A DNA stretch of 64,000 nucleotides from Rebecca billardiae RCC1528. Its lineage: Eukaryota > Protista > Haptophyta. Positions 33,391 through 44,274 of this stretch are shown piece by piece. The DNA lies in NCBI GenBank assembly GCA_965240325.2, contig OZ251233.1, positions 2,170,001 to 2,234,000 on the forward strand. The letters are read 5' to 3'. Made by a program: the position numbers and the translations under genes. The stretch's first letter is position 1; every line of letters starts with the position of its first letter. The notes under the pieces were generated by a model. That model saw nothing but the letters and a program-made list of their open reading frames with translations, was not told the origin of the DNA and did not search any database.

Positions 33391-34311
33391 CTTTTCGACC
33401 ACTCTCACGTCCACGTCCACGACCCCGTACGACCGGCGCGCCGGTGAGGTTGCGCATGAGAAGGAGGGCAGGTAGCGGCCAGGATCACCGTTCTGACGGT
33501 CATACTGCCCTCTGGGGCATGCATTGCGACGATGCATGCCTGGCGATGGTCCATCTGACCCTACAAGGCGTGGATCTGAGGAGCAATGTTGGCTGCGCGG
33601 TAGTCGTGCGACCGCCGTCCGACACGGTTCAGCCGTGGCGAATACATTTGGCGTGTGCGCGCCTGTCAACGGCAGGGTGATCAACGACCGGCATGGCTAG
33701 CAAGCTGATCAGGACTAGTAACAACCTTGTCTGAGACCACGCCACGCCATTTGGCGACCTCGCCACCGCTCAATGCCCGTCCAGAGGCACGGACGTGCCG
33801 CACTACCTGGCCAGCCACCGCCACTAAGTGGGGCCCACCATCTGGACCCCCCTGTAATAAAATACTACGAGCTGACACCGTACCGTCATCAGAGAGAGCC
33901 AGAGAGACGGAGAGCAGAGAGAAAGAGCAGCCAGTCTCCGCTGCTGTACTATTCTGTCCGTATACAGCAGTACGTACGCAGTCAGACTTGAGACTATCAT
34001 CAGCTGCGACACAGTCGAATCGGCAGCATATATCAAGTCATCAGCACATCATAATTTATTATATATATATATATTATATTCATATCGTCGTACTGTATGC
34101 TCGGGCTGCAGACAGGGCTGCTGCTGGTCGTCGTGATACTCGTCCGTCGTCGTCCTCCGCCTCGTCATTGGCATGCAATACTACTCAATATAGTGCTGCT
34201 GATGCAAATAATATACGCGTTTATTATTGATGCTGATCATCATCGACGACGATTCATCGTCGTCGTGCAGCAGTCTCAGCTGTTGATGTCAGATGCAGTG
34301 CTGCGTAGTCG

Positions 34312-35223
34312 TCACAGGTGCCAACTGACACGCTGCTGCCGCGCCCTGGCCAGGTCGTCAGCACCTCCGCTAAAGGTGATCGGGAAGTGGACGAGGAGAT
34401 CGTGCGTGTCACGCGGTGTCTGCGAGAGGATGTAGGCCAGGACCTGTGCGTGCTCGACCGTGCCGCCATGCTGCAGCGGCCGCTCGAGCGGTCGGGCGCC
34501 CAGACACTGGTCCGCTGCAGCTGCCTCCTGCTGCCCAGCGCGTGCTGCGAGCGCGCACATCAGCCAAGAGCGGATCGGCGCGCCATGCGCGTGCGCGTAG
34601 GCAAAAGTGTGGACGTGCCCTCCAAACGCGGCATTGATCGCCGTCTGCTCGTCCCATGGCACGTCATGGGCGCGTGCAAGGGCAACAATGTCGGTGTGCC
34701 CGCCCCACGCGGCGCAGGAGCACGTCCACGCGTCCGCGGGGACGCCGCGCTCGAGCAGCCATTTGCAGGTGGCGAGGTGCCCGGAGAAGGCGGCCGCGCC
34801 GCACGACTCCTCGTCCGCATCGACGCCGGCGCTCGCGAGCCACTCGAGCGCGTCGACACGGCCGGCATGCGCCGCTGCAGCGGAGACTCGTGCATCCAGC
34901 TCACACCCCAGGCGCACGTGCATGTGCTGCAGCACGGCAAGCGGCTTGGAGCCCGCCGCGATGCAGCAGTCGTGCGTGCTCGGCCGAGGGGCGCCGAAAC
35001 CGAGCGCCCACTCGAGGCGGGGCACGGAGCACAGGTGGTCCGAGACCTTGCTGACGTTGCGCGCCGATGCATGCGCACGGCGCGCCGCGCAGTTGAGCGC
35101 CTTGCACGCAGCCGCCGCACACTGCACGTCGCCGTCGTCGAGGAAGGACAGAATGTGTGGTATCTCGTCACAGAGCCGCGCAAGCAGATTCGGCGCGCCA
35201 GCGCGGTCGACCCGCGCGCTCAT
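34312..35223 (-). CDS. F-box-like / ankyrin-repeat protein
   Basis: LCDEIPHILSFL...AAAACKAL (F-box-like), then repeats AAHAGRVDALEWL, AAFSGHLATCKWLLERGVP and WDEQTAINAAFGGHV. Confidence 0.8.
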   Translation of the reverse strand: MSARVDRAGAPNLLARLCDEIPHILSFLDDGDVQCAAAACKALNCAARRAHASARNVSKVSDHLCSVPRLEWALGFGAPRPSTHDCCIAAGSKPLAVLQHMHVRLGCELDARVSAAAAHAGRVDALEWLASAGVDADEESCGAAAFSGHLATCKWLLERGVPADAWTCSCAAWGGHTDIVALARAHDVPWDEQTAINAAFGGHVHTFAYAHAHGAPIRSWLMCALAARAGQQEAAAADQCLGARPLERPLQHGGTVEHAQVLAYILSQTPRDTHDLLVHFPITFSGGADDLARARQQRVSWHL

Positions 35224-35372
35224 CGCCGACCCGAGCTCGCCGCTGGAGCAGGCGGCAATGGTTGGCGCTATGCTGGCCGCCAGCGGTGTCGAAGCGCGCC
35301 TTGGCGTGGCGGCGGAGACTTCAATCCGGACTCACACCGAGTACGACCGACCCGCGCTATTAGATTCACGAC

Positions 35373-36860
35373 ATGGCGGACCACGACAAGACCGCGTTCG
35401 ACGCCTTCGCGCGCGCAGCGCTCGCGATGGGCGGGCTCGACGAGGCCGAGCTCTCGGAGCTGCAGCAGGGCCGCACCACAGTGGATGCGCTCAACGACCT
35501 CATCGCCCACTTCTGCTCGCCGCGCGTGCGCGTCGCCAACCTCGTGAGCCGACCCGAATTGAACGGCCGGCCGGGGCAGATCGTCGGCCCGCTCACCGCG
35601 GCCGGGCGCTGGCCCGTCGAGCTGGACGAGGCGCGCGCCGGCGCGGGCTCGGCGCCCGCCACCCGCCTCGCCATCCGCCCGGCCAACCTCCGCCCGCTCT
35701 CCGACGAGTCGGTGCCGACCGTGCTCGCGGGTGCGGTCGGCGCCGACCTCGCCGAGGCCATCCACGAGCGGCTCGCCTGCGCGCGCTGCGAGGGGCCGTG
35801 CAGCGCCAAGACGCGCTGCCGCGTGCCGCACCCGCCGCACCTGCGGCAGGACGCCGGCGCCTTTGGCATGGGCGGGGTGTGGACGACCAAGTACCTCTGC
35901 CGCGCGTGTGGCCAGGGCTTTGCTCTCGTGAAGAAGCTGGACGCGGGCGCGGGCGCCGAGCCGCAGGTGGAGGGCGCGCGCTGGTGCTTCGACGGGCGCC
36001 ACTCGTCCATCCCCATCGCCGAGTCGGACCTGCGCCGCATCTCGAGCGCGGAGCAGCACCTGACCGCCGGCCCGGGCCTCCAGGCGCAGCTGGACGCGCT
36101 GCCGGAGCGCGTGGTCACGCTGACCGTCAGCGCGGCCGGCGGCTTCTACGACGACTCGGAGGCGTTCGCGCTCGAGCGGCGGCTGCCGCGCCTCAAGCAC
36201 GTCCAGCTCGTGGACGTGCCCTTCGCGCGCATCCGGCTGGACGAGGAGACGGCCCCCGCGCTCGAGACGCTGCGGCTGCAGAACATCTCGGACGAGTGCA
36301 ATCTGCAGGTGTGCGCGCCCGGCCTGCGCCGCGCCGAGATCCACTACTGGCGCGCGGACGACAGCGCGAGCCTGGAGCGCATGCTGCGCGCGGCCACGCG
36401 CCTCGAGGAGTTCGACTCGTACAAGCTGTGGGTGGACGAGCTCAGCTTCGCCTCGAACGCGCTCACCTCGGTGGACCTGCACCGCGCCGACTCGCTCGGC
36501 CGCCTCTCGCTCTGGGCGCCAAACCTCGAGTCGCTCCGCCTGCAGGGGTGCTACAGCCTCGAGCGCATCCGCTTCCTCGACGACCACGCGCTCGCAGCCG
36601 CGCTGCCCGCGGACCACGCCTGCGCGCGCCCCCTGGTCGTGAACACGGCCAACGCGTGCCTCGGCGCGTCGGCGCGCCGCGCGCTCAAGCGCCACCCTCG
36701 CGTCGTGCTGAGCGCACGCCAGCAGGGCGGGATGCCGACGGAGGGCCTCTTTGCCAGCATGCGCGGCATGATGGGGGGCGACGAGCCCTGGGACGACGAG
36801 TCGGGCGAGGAGTCCGAGTCGGGCGAGGAAGAAGACGACTCGGACGTGGACGACGACTAG
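35373..36860 (+). CDS. Leucine-rich-repeat protein with an SH3-like N-terminal module and Cys/His cluster
   Basis: RVRVANLVSRPELNGRPGQIV...AIRPANL module; CxxC clusters; LRR-like APALETLRL, APGLRRAEI and APNLESLRLQGCYSLERI; acidic tail. Confidence 0.7.
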   Translation: MADHDKTAFDAFARAALAMGGLDEAELSELQQGRTTVDALNDLIAHFCSPRVRVANLVSRPELNGRPGQIVGPLTAAGRWPVELDEARAGAGSAPATRLAIRPANLRPLSDESVPTVLAGAVGADLAEAIHERLACARCEGPCSAKTRCRVPHPPHLRQDAGAFGMGGVWTTKYLCRACGQGFALVKKLDAGAGAEPQVEGARWCFDGRHSSIPIAESDLRRISSAEQHLTAGPGLQAQLDALPERVVTLTVSAAGGFYDDSEAFALERRLPRLKHVQLVDVPFARIRLDEETAPALETLRLQNISDECNLQVCAPGLRRAEIHYWRADDSASLERMLRAATRLEEFDSYKLWVDELSFASNALTSVDLHRADSLGRLSLWAPNLESLRLQGCYSLERIRFLDDHALAAALPADHACARPLVVNTANACLGASARRALKRHPRVVLSARQQGGMPTEGLFASMRGMMGGDEPWDDESGEESESGEEEDDSDVDDD

Positions 36861-37235
36861 GACGAGGAGCTGCTGGGCGAGGACGAGGATGGTCGTCCTG
36901 AACACGGCGAGGCTGGTGCATGAGTGAGGACGACGTCACCGACGGCGACGGGCTGGACCGAATGCACTGACTACGGTCGCACATCGCGCACGCGGCGCAC
37001 GGGTCGGCACGGGACGGATATGTCGGACGGATTGGTACTCGTCGTAGCTACGACTATACGACTACGAGTCAGTCACGTTCTCGGATGCGCGATGATGTCA
37101 TCGTCGGATGATCGACCATATGACCGAGTGAGTACTAACTAGATGGCGCTACGTAGCCTCGAGTAGTCCGCCGAGTATAAGTGAGTCCGGTAGACAGCCG
37201 GTAACTAGTCCGGTTCTGCTTCGATATATAGATTA

Positions 37236-37664
37236 TAGAGGGGTCAGAGCCCCACTGTGGCGTGTGTGGCCCAAAATCCAACTTTCTGTCGTCTTGAGAT
37301 GAGGCTCTCAAACTTCGGGATGTCAATATTCGCCTGAAATGACCTGGGGTCACGCTGACAAGTTTTGCGGAAAAATGTCACATACTGGAGATATACGATC
37401 TCGATCTCGACGCGATCTCGGCAACATTAGTCAGGGGAGATACACGATCTCCAAGGTGATCTCGCTGTTTGCACCAGAATCGCACCTGCTAGATCACATT
37501 TTGACAGTCTGAAATTGGCACAGACGGATTCTACACCCTGGAATTAAGCCTAAACGAACTTAAACGGACTCAAACACTTATAAACTGAGGATATATTTCA
37601 CATTTCGAGATTTCGGGAGATTGTGTCACTCGGGAGTGTAACGGTCGGAGCTCTGACCCCACTA
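37236..37664. mobile_element. 429-bp MITE with TAG termini (hAT-like)
   Basis: TIR TAG(A/T)GGGGTCAGAGC (37236-37250 and 37650-37664). Candidate 8-bp TSD TTCGATAT at 37665-37672 and at 37220-37227, offset by 8 extra bases. AT-rich interior with GGAGATA(T/C)ACGATCTC and TAAAC repeats. Confidence 0.75.
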
Positions 37665-38359
37665 TTCGATATAGCAGTGCAGCGCTGGTCGTGCGGCGGC
37701 CCAGATAATTGTCAGCCTATATCGTCCGATTGGCTGATATGCGAGGGCTGAGGGCGGCCTACCACCGACGCACACGCACCTGGAAGAAACAACTCCCAGA
37801 GGAGGAGCAGCCACCAGCGCAGCGGTGACACCCGAGCAGCCACGCCGGCCGCCGCGCCGCGGGTGCAGCCAGCGAGCCGCGGCCGCACCCGAGACGCGCA
37901 TCGCTTGCCGAGCTGCTGAGCAAATCGGAAATCCAGACCCGCGCCCAATCCGGGCCTGGCTCAGCTTGACGACCGAAAAACCTCCAGGCAGCCGGACCCT
38001 GGCTGCCAGCCCGCCCTCATGAGGGCTACCGGTGAGTTATACCCGCATAACCGCGAGCGGATATTATGTATACAACCAGCATGAGTACTATACCGTTAAT
38101 TAAGCGACAGCGCGGCCCGGCGGTCCAGCGCTGACGCGGGCCATACATATGATGCGGTGCGCTGGTGGCAGCTCGGACTGCTCCGCCGACTGAGCTGGAG
38201 TCTGCCGCATGGCGCATGTCAATTGTCATCTGACAATGGCGGTGATGATGAGCAGTGCTCAGGATAACTACAGCAGTCAGGATTCGGGATTAAGTGACAA
38301 CGATGACGACGCGGACGACGATGCCAGTGAGTCGCTCACGGTGAAGGATACTGCTGATA

Positions 38360-39034
38360 CTAGGCGGGCTCGCACCCGCTCGGACACGTTGGCGCCAGAC
38401 CGTCACCAGAGCCGCGGCGCAGCCCGCCGAACGTGCCGAACAGCAGCGCGTGCGCGTGCGGGCCGCGGGCGCGGAGGTGCGCAAACGATCCGCTGCTCAG
38501 CGCACGCAGCGCACGCGCGGCCGTGCCTACGCTCTGCGCCTGGCCTGACGTTCGCACGCAGCCTTGCGGACAGCGCTCGGGGCCGTCGGCCGACGGCCGG
38601 CTGGGAGGAGGCGACGGCGCGCTCGGTGGCGGGCTCGGTGCCGCAAACAGCTCGACGCGCAGCACTTCGACCTCAAGCGCTTCGCGCAGGGCCTCGAGGA
38701 AAGCGGGGCTGTCGATGATGCCCGCCGCCACCGGCCAAATGTCGCGCCCAACCACCGCGCGCACGTTGACGATGGCGGGCGACTCGGCGTGGAGCTGCGC
38801 GCTCACAAATTGCTGGAACACCCCGATCTCTCTCGCCGTGACCTGCTCGAGCGTGCTCAGCACGTCGGCCGTGAGGTTCGAGTCAGGCCGCAGGTCGCCA
38901 CCGAAGAAGACAGCAAAGCCGACGGCTGGGATCGGCGCGGGCGGCGGCGAGGGCGGCGCGTAGCTCGCCGCCGCCCACACGCCGGGCAGCGAAGCGCATA
39001 GCACGAGCGCCCCGCCGAGCGCGCGCGCGGGCAT
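38360..39034 (-). CDS. Hypothetical secreted protein (224 aa)
   Basis: Signal peptide, Pro-rich SPPP linkers flanking a globular segment, and Cys in the C-terminus. Confidence 0.6.
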   Translation of the reverse strand: MPARALGGALVLCASLPGVWAAASYAPPSPPPAPIPAVGFAVFFGGDLRPDSNLTADVLSTLEQVTAREIGVFQQFVSAQLHAESPAIVNVRAVVGRDIWPVAAGIIDSPAFLEALREALEVEVLRVELFAAPSPPPSAPSPPPSRPSADGPERCPQGCVRTSGQAQSVGTAARALRALSSGSFAHLRARGPHAHALLFGTFGGLRRGSGDGLAPTCPSGCEPA

Positions 39035-39095
39035 GGCCGGGTGCCGACCCCGGCCGGCGCGACGAGCTCAGTTTGGGTCTCGCCCTGCCCTGAGC

Positions 39096-40172
39096 CAAGG
39101 GTGGTCAGGGTCGCCGACTCCAGCGGAGGCCGGCGCCGGAGCTTCGCTTCCGATTTTTTGCAGCGGCGCGGCGCGCGGGGCCGCCGCCGCTGTGGCGGGC
39201 CGCTCGGGGCGTGCACGGCGTGGGCTCGTGCGGCCGCTGCCGCGCACGCCGAGCGATCCGGCGCGGGCTCGCGGCTTGTCGATGGCCTCGCGCGCCGCAG
39301 CGCGACGCGCGCCTTGCCTAGCTTCGCCTGTCTCGCGCCTTGGCCGCCGTGCACGCGTGCGCCGCCAAACCGCAAGCTCGGCATACCTCTCAGCCGAGCG
39401 TGCACGTGCCTTGCGCGACGCGACGCGGGCATTGCCGCCAGGCGATGTAGGCGTAGTGCGAGCGCGCGCCGTGAAGCCTCGGCGCGGATCGAGAACAATG
39501 AAATGATGCCGCGTACGCGCGTGGACCGTCTGTTCGTTGAGCAGTGCTGAAAGCTGCACGACTGACTCTCTTGCCGGGGCGATCGTCACGTCGCATCGTC
39601 ACGCAAGGCTCACACACACGTCATAGTGGCGTTCATCGTTTTGGCTACAACGCTCGACTAGTCTTCACGAGTCGCAGCGTCGCGATAGCCCATCGTTCAA
39701 CGGAGGACCGTGATGTCCATTGGTGGTTGATGCGTCAGCAGTTGTCGACAGCTGACCGAGACGTTGAAGCCACTCTCGATCCGCGCCGAGGCTTCACGGC
39801 GCGCGCTCGCACTACGCCTACATCGCCTGGCGGCAATGCCCGCGTCGCGTCGCGCAAGGCACGTGCACGCTCGGCTGAGAGGTATGCCGAGCTTGCGGTT
39901 TGGCGGCGCACGCGTGCACGGCGGCCAAGGCGCGAGACAGGCGAAGCTAGGCAAGGCGCGCGTCGCGCTGCGGCGCGCGAGGCCATCGACAAGCCGCGAG
40001 CCCGCGCCGGATCGCTCGGCGTGCGCGGCAGCGGCCGCACGAGCCCACGCCGTGCACGCCCCGAGCGGCCCGCCACAGCGGCGGCGGCCCCGCGCGCCGC
40101 GCCGCTGCAAAAAATCGGAAGCGAAGCTCCGGCGCCGGCCTCCGCTGGAGTCGGCGACCCTGACCACCCTTG
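39096..40172. mobile_element. Foldback element: 399-bp terminal inverted repeats, 279-bp spacer, 7-bp TSD (P/Galileo-like)
   Basis: Arms 39096-39494 and 39774-40172 are reverse complements (identical translations in the ORF track); termini CAAGGG...CCCTTG; CCTGAGC at 39089-39095 and 40173-40179. Confidence 0.9.
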
Positions 40173-40311
40173 CCTGAGCTGTGTCCTTCAGTCCGGGAGT
40201 ACACGGTCCGGCTCCAGACTGTCGTTCGTCGAGAACAAAAAGATTTGGCGCGGCCGCCCGCGGTTCATCATCGCGATCGCGACGAGGTAGAGCGCAGCGC
40301 CGTCCAGGAAG

Positions 40312-41109
40312 ATGCGCGGCGGCGCGGCACGCCTCGCGTGCCTCGCGCTGCTTGCGCTGCCATGCGCGGCTGGAAGGGCGGTCGCCATCCGGCGCCTGCC
40401 CACGCGTGCCCCGCGCGCACACCCGGTGGCCGTGCTCGACTTTTTCGCGGGCATGCTCGGCGGCGCCGACGAGTCGCTCGAGGAGTCGGGCCTCGTGCCC
40501 GACGTCTGGCCGGAGCCGTTCGACGTGACGGTGGATCTGCGCGTGCGGTACCCGGCGTGGGTGCGCTCTAGCGTCGACCTGCGAGACGTGCGCTCCTTTG
40601 GTGACACGCCCGTCGAGGGCGCCGGCCTGCTGCGCAAGCGCGGCGTCACCGTCGCGCCGACGCAGGTGCGCGACGCGCCGCGCCTCGAGTGGAAGGCGGC
40701 GGACGCGTCCAAGCACTACGCCGTCCTGATGCTCGACCCCGACGCGCCTCGGCCCGACGCGCCGACCGCGCGCAGCTTCGTGCACTGGGCCGTCGTCAAC
40801 ATCCCCGGCTCCGAGCTCGAGCTGGGCGAGGTGCGCAGGCCGTACGTGGGCGCGTTCCCGCCCGCCGGCACGGGCGTGCACCGCTACTTCTTCCTGCTGC
40901 TGGAGCAGCGCGAGGGGCAGCAGGACTTCGGGCCGGGGCTGCCCGAGGCAGAGTGGCGCTCGGCCCTCGACCTCGACACGCGCGCCGGCTGGGACTGCTC
41001 CGCGTTCGCGCGCGAGCACGGCCTGACGCCGGTCGGGTGGCACTGCTTCCGTGCTGAGTACGATGCGTACGCGCTCGAGCTCATGCAGACGCTCCAGGCG
41101 GCGGGCTGA
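40312..41109 (+). CDS. Phosphatidylethanolamine-binding protein (PEBP/RKIP family) with an N-terminal targeting peptide
   Basis: YAVLMLDPDAP, FVHWAVVNIPG and YVGAFPPAGTGVHRYFFLL. Confidence 0.92.
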   Translation: MRGGAARLACLALLALPCAAGRAVAIRRLPTRAPRAHPVAVLDFFAGMLGGADESLEESGLVPDVWPEPFDVTVDLRVRYPAWVRSSVDLRDVRSFGDTPVEGAGLLRKRGVTVAPTQVRDAPRLEWKAADASKHYAVLMLDPDAPRPDAPTARSFVHWAVVNIPGSELELGEVRRPYVGAFPPAGTGVHRYFFLLLEQREGQQDFGPGLPEAEWRSALDLDTRAGWDCSAFAREHGLTPVGWHCFRAEYDAYALELMQTLQAAG

Positions 41110-41442
41110 TGAGCACGGCGGGAGCTGCTGGCCGGCGGGCGGCGGGAGCCGCGTGGGCTGCGATTGGCTTGCAAACGCCGCGGCGAATGCGAGAGCGGGT
41201 GGTGACGCAGCTCGCGCCTGCTGACAAGTGACATGGCGGCGGCGTGCTCGGGTGATGTCTGATGATGAATGCGTCACGCGATATCGGATAGGATCGACGA
41301 CGCGACGATTGTCATGTCGTCATCGTCAGCCTGGCGGCGATGGATCAGATCCATGCATGTATGATATATATGCGCATCATCAGCACATGGTCTGACACCT
41401 GGCCCGATGATTATGAATCAGCCTCTCAGTCTGATGTCACAG

Positions 41443-43155
41443 TCACACCAAAGGTGCGGCGGCACCGCGACTGTCACTGTTACGAATACGAGTGCCGCGG
41501 CCACTAGCTGCGGCCGCCCGCTTCCCCTTCGCGCCCTTCTTGCTGGGCCACCGCAGAAGCGGCACGCGTCGCGCCGGCGGCACCCCGTCCCCTGACTGGC
41601 GGGCTGGCGGCGCTCCTGCAGGCGGCTTGGCCTTGGGTCGCGGCGGCGGCGGCTCAGCCGCGGGGGCGGGGCTTGGGCGCGACGCGCGCGACTCGACTGC
41701 CGCGGGCGCCACCGCGGGCGCGGGCTGCGGCTGATGCCTGAGCTCAACTGCTGGCGGCTGAGCTGGCCGCTGCGCACCGGCCTCGCTGTCGTCGTCGCTG
41801 CGCGCGTCGGAACCAGCGTCTTCGCCGGCGGGGGGCGAGGCCGGGGCACGCGGAGGCACCTCCCGCCGGCGCGCCATGCACGAGTGGCCGAAAGGCCGCT
41901 CGGCCGGCCGTTGCTGCGGCCTGCCGCTTGCACGCGCAAACTCGGCGGCGCGGTGCAGCGCGGGCGGCAGGGCGAGCAGCCACAGCGCGAGGCCGGCGGC
42001 GCTGCCGAGGAGGCACGCGCGCACCACGGCGGAGTCGAGCTGCACCCGGCTCCGCCCGTGCAGCTCGACCAGCACGAGCGGCACGAGCGCCACCGTGAGC
42101 ACGCGCACGGGCGCGTACGCTCTGAACGGCAGGTCTGTGGGCGCGCATGTGCCGTCCACGCCGGTGGCGGGCGAGAGCGGCGCAAGCCGCGCGAGGAGGA
42201 AGGCGGGCGTGGCGAGCGCGGCGGTGAATGCGGACTGGCAGCGCGGCTCGTTGCGCGCGCGCGCGTGCGCGTAGAACCACGCGGCCCACACACCCCACTC
42301 CGCCCCGAGCATCCCCACGATCCACCAGCCGCCCGCCGCGGCGCCCAGCAGCGCCAGGGAGAGCGCGCGGCACGACACCTCGCCCAGCCGCGCCGCGTAG
42401 AGCCACGCGACGTAGGTGCACACGGGGCCGCGGCCGCACGGGCCGGCGTTGGGCCCGCGCAGCTGCGCCTGGTCCAGCTCAAAGTCCACCAGCGCCCACG
42501 CGATCGTGAGCAGCGAGCTGCACAGCGAGAGGCCGAGCAGCAGCCCGCTGCCCGCGCTGCGCATGCCGCCACCGCCGCCGCCGCCGCCATCGTCGCCCTC
42601 GTCGAGCGCCGGCGCGGCGGCGGCGCTGCCGAGCGCGACGTACGTCTGGAGCAGAGCCTGCGGGGCCGCCTCGAACGCCGCCTCGATCAGCCGCGCGTAC
42701 ACGTACGCGCCCTGCTTCTCGCCCGTGATCAGGCACTCGAGCGCGTGCAGCACAATGTTGACGCCAGGCAGCACCGCAAACACGCGGCTGCCGCGCAGCC
42801 ACGCGGGCATGCGCCCGTTCGGGTTGCCGTAGCGCGAGCCGCGCACGAGGCCAAAGTCCATCAGCGACGCGAGCCACGTAAACAGCGAGGCGACGCAGAT
42901 CGCCGTGAGCGACACCGCAAAGTAGTGCCAACGGCCCTCCCTGCCGTAGCGCACGAGCAGCAGCACGTCGAGCAGCACGTCGACGCACGCGAAGGAGGCG
43001 CCGCCGAGCAGCAGCACGCGCGAGCGGGTCGTGCCAAACGCGCGTGCCGGCTGCGCCGGCTGCCATGGGTCGCGCCTGGACCGGCCTTCGCGCCGGGGCG
43101 GCTTGGCCAGCGGAATACTTTGGACCCGCGCGGCCTCGACGTCGTCGGCGTCCAT
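41443..43155 (-). CDS. XK-related multi-pass membrane protein
   Basis: VDVLLDV, LIEAAFEAAPQALLQTYV, several TM helices and RLGEVSCRALSL; ATG at 43155. Confidence 0.8.
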   Translation of the reverse strand: MDADDVEAARVQSIPLAKPPRREGRSRRDPWQPAQPARAFGTTRSRVLLLGGASFACVDVLLDVLLLVRYGREGRWHYFAVSLTAICVASLFTWLASLMDFGLVRGSRYGNPNGRMPAWLRGSRVFAVLPGVNIVLHALECLITGEKQGAYVYARLIEAAFEAAPQALLQTYVALGSAAAAPALDEGDDGGGGGGGGMRSAGSGLLLGLSLCSSLLTIAWALVDFELDQAQLRGPNAGPCGRGPVCTYVAWLYAARLGEVSCRALSLALLGAAAGGWWIVGMLGAEWGVWAAWFYAHARARNEPRCQSAFTAALATPAFLLARLAPLSPATGVDGTCAPTDLPFRAYAPVRVLTVALVPLVLVELHGRSRVQLDSAVVRACLLGSAAGLALWLLALPPALHRAAEFARASGRPQQRPAERPFGHSCMARRREVPPRAPASPPAGEDAGSDARSDDDSEAGAQRPAQPPAVELRHQPQPAPAVAPAAVESRASRPSPAPAAEPPPPRPKAKPPAGAPPARQSGDGVPPARRVPLLRWPSKKGAKGKRAAAASGRGTRIRNSDSRGAAAPLV

Positions 43156-43240
43156 CGCTGCTGTCGTCGCCAAAGTTTGCTGAAGCGGTGGCTATAAGAG
43201 ATTTGGGCCCAATTCGCCCAAAGAAGCCCCAAAGCGCCCA

Positions 43241-43990
43241 CCAACCGGTCCAGACCTCGGGATTTGCCAGCCAAAACCAAAACCCACCCCAGGTGGGTTT
43301 CCGGGTGGAAATCTGGGCGCCGCGCTTACCGGACTCAGCTGAACGCCGCCGCCGCCGCCACCTCGCTCGCGCCTACCGCCGCCAGGGCGAGGCCGCGCGA
43401 TGTCCAGTAGAGCTTCCGCTCGGACGCGGCGGGGCGGTAGCGAGGCGACGAGCTACCGTAGCTTGCGCGTGGCCCAGCGCTTCGCGCCCTCGCACCGCGA
43501 CGGTCAGCTGCAGGCCCGCGCGAGCGCGGGCTCGCGCCGCCGCCACGTTCAGCCAGAGATATGGGCGCCTTGCCTGCCGAGGCAGCAGAGAGGCACGCAC
43601 GCGCGGGAAGCCGCTGGGCACCATGGCGCGCGCCTACGACCGTACTGTAACATGGCTCACGCCTTCCTGGGATGCGCGCCTCGGGTTGCTCTCAGCGCGC
43701 GCATACTTTGCGGGGATGACAGCACGGCTGAAGTGAGAGGCGGCGCACACGTCCGTGCGGGCTCAAGGCGCGGAGAAGATGGGCAGACGCGAGTCGCCCG
43801 GCGCAGGGCGGCGCAGAAAGGCTCTATGCCTCTGCCCGACGGCGTGCGCCATCGCCGCGTGCACGTCTACGACCGCGGCGGCGCGGCAGCCGGCGGCGTC
43901 TCGCGGCGGATGGCTGTGGCGGCGCACGCGGCGCACGCGGCGGGTTTTGAATTTCCGAGTTTCCCAAATCCTGAGGTCTGGACCGGTTGG
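43241..43990. mobile_element. 750-bp TIR element with CC...GG termini, superfamily unclear
   Basis: 26-bp TIR CCAACCGGTCCAGACCTC(G/A)GGATTTG (43241-43266 and 43965-43990), extended by an inverted CAAAACCC; no clear TSD. Confidence 0.75.
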
Positions 43991-44274
43991 AAACGAGATT
44001 CTGAGCAGAGTTCCGCCGAGACGGCGGCGCCACTGCATGGCCCTGACTGACGTGCAGACACAGCGCACGTGTTCAGCTGTGCCCACCCGGTGCTGAATCC
44101 CCGCAGCCATCCGGAGCTGCTGATATGTCTAAGAGGGATGCGCAGCGTCATCGTGCGAATGCGATTCGGCTTTACTGCTGTCTCAGAGAGAGAGAGAGAA
44201 CGTCGTGGCATGCTGCAACGGTCCAGGCTATCAGCCGACAGCTCGGTCTAACTCTAAAGTCTAAGCTAGCTGGC

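Noticed and set aside
33562-33856. Possible small element TACAAGGCGTGG...GGACCCCCCTGTA (similar pattern at ~63563-63804)
   Set aside because: The inverted match is only ~5-6 bp, too weak to call without copy-number data.
38857-40290. Mirror-image ORFs on both strands
   Set aside because: A by-product of the foldback arms; Arg/Ala-rich with no domain.
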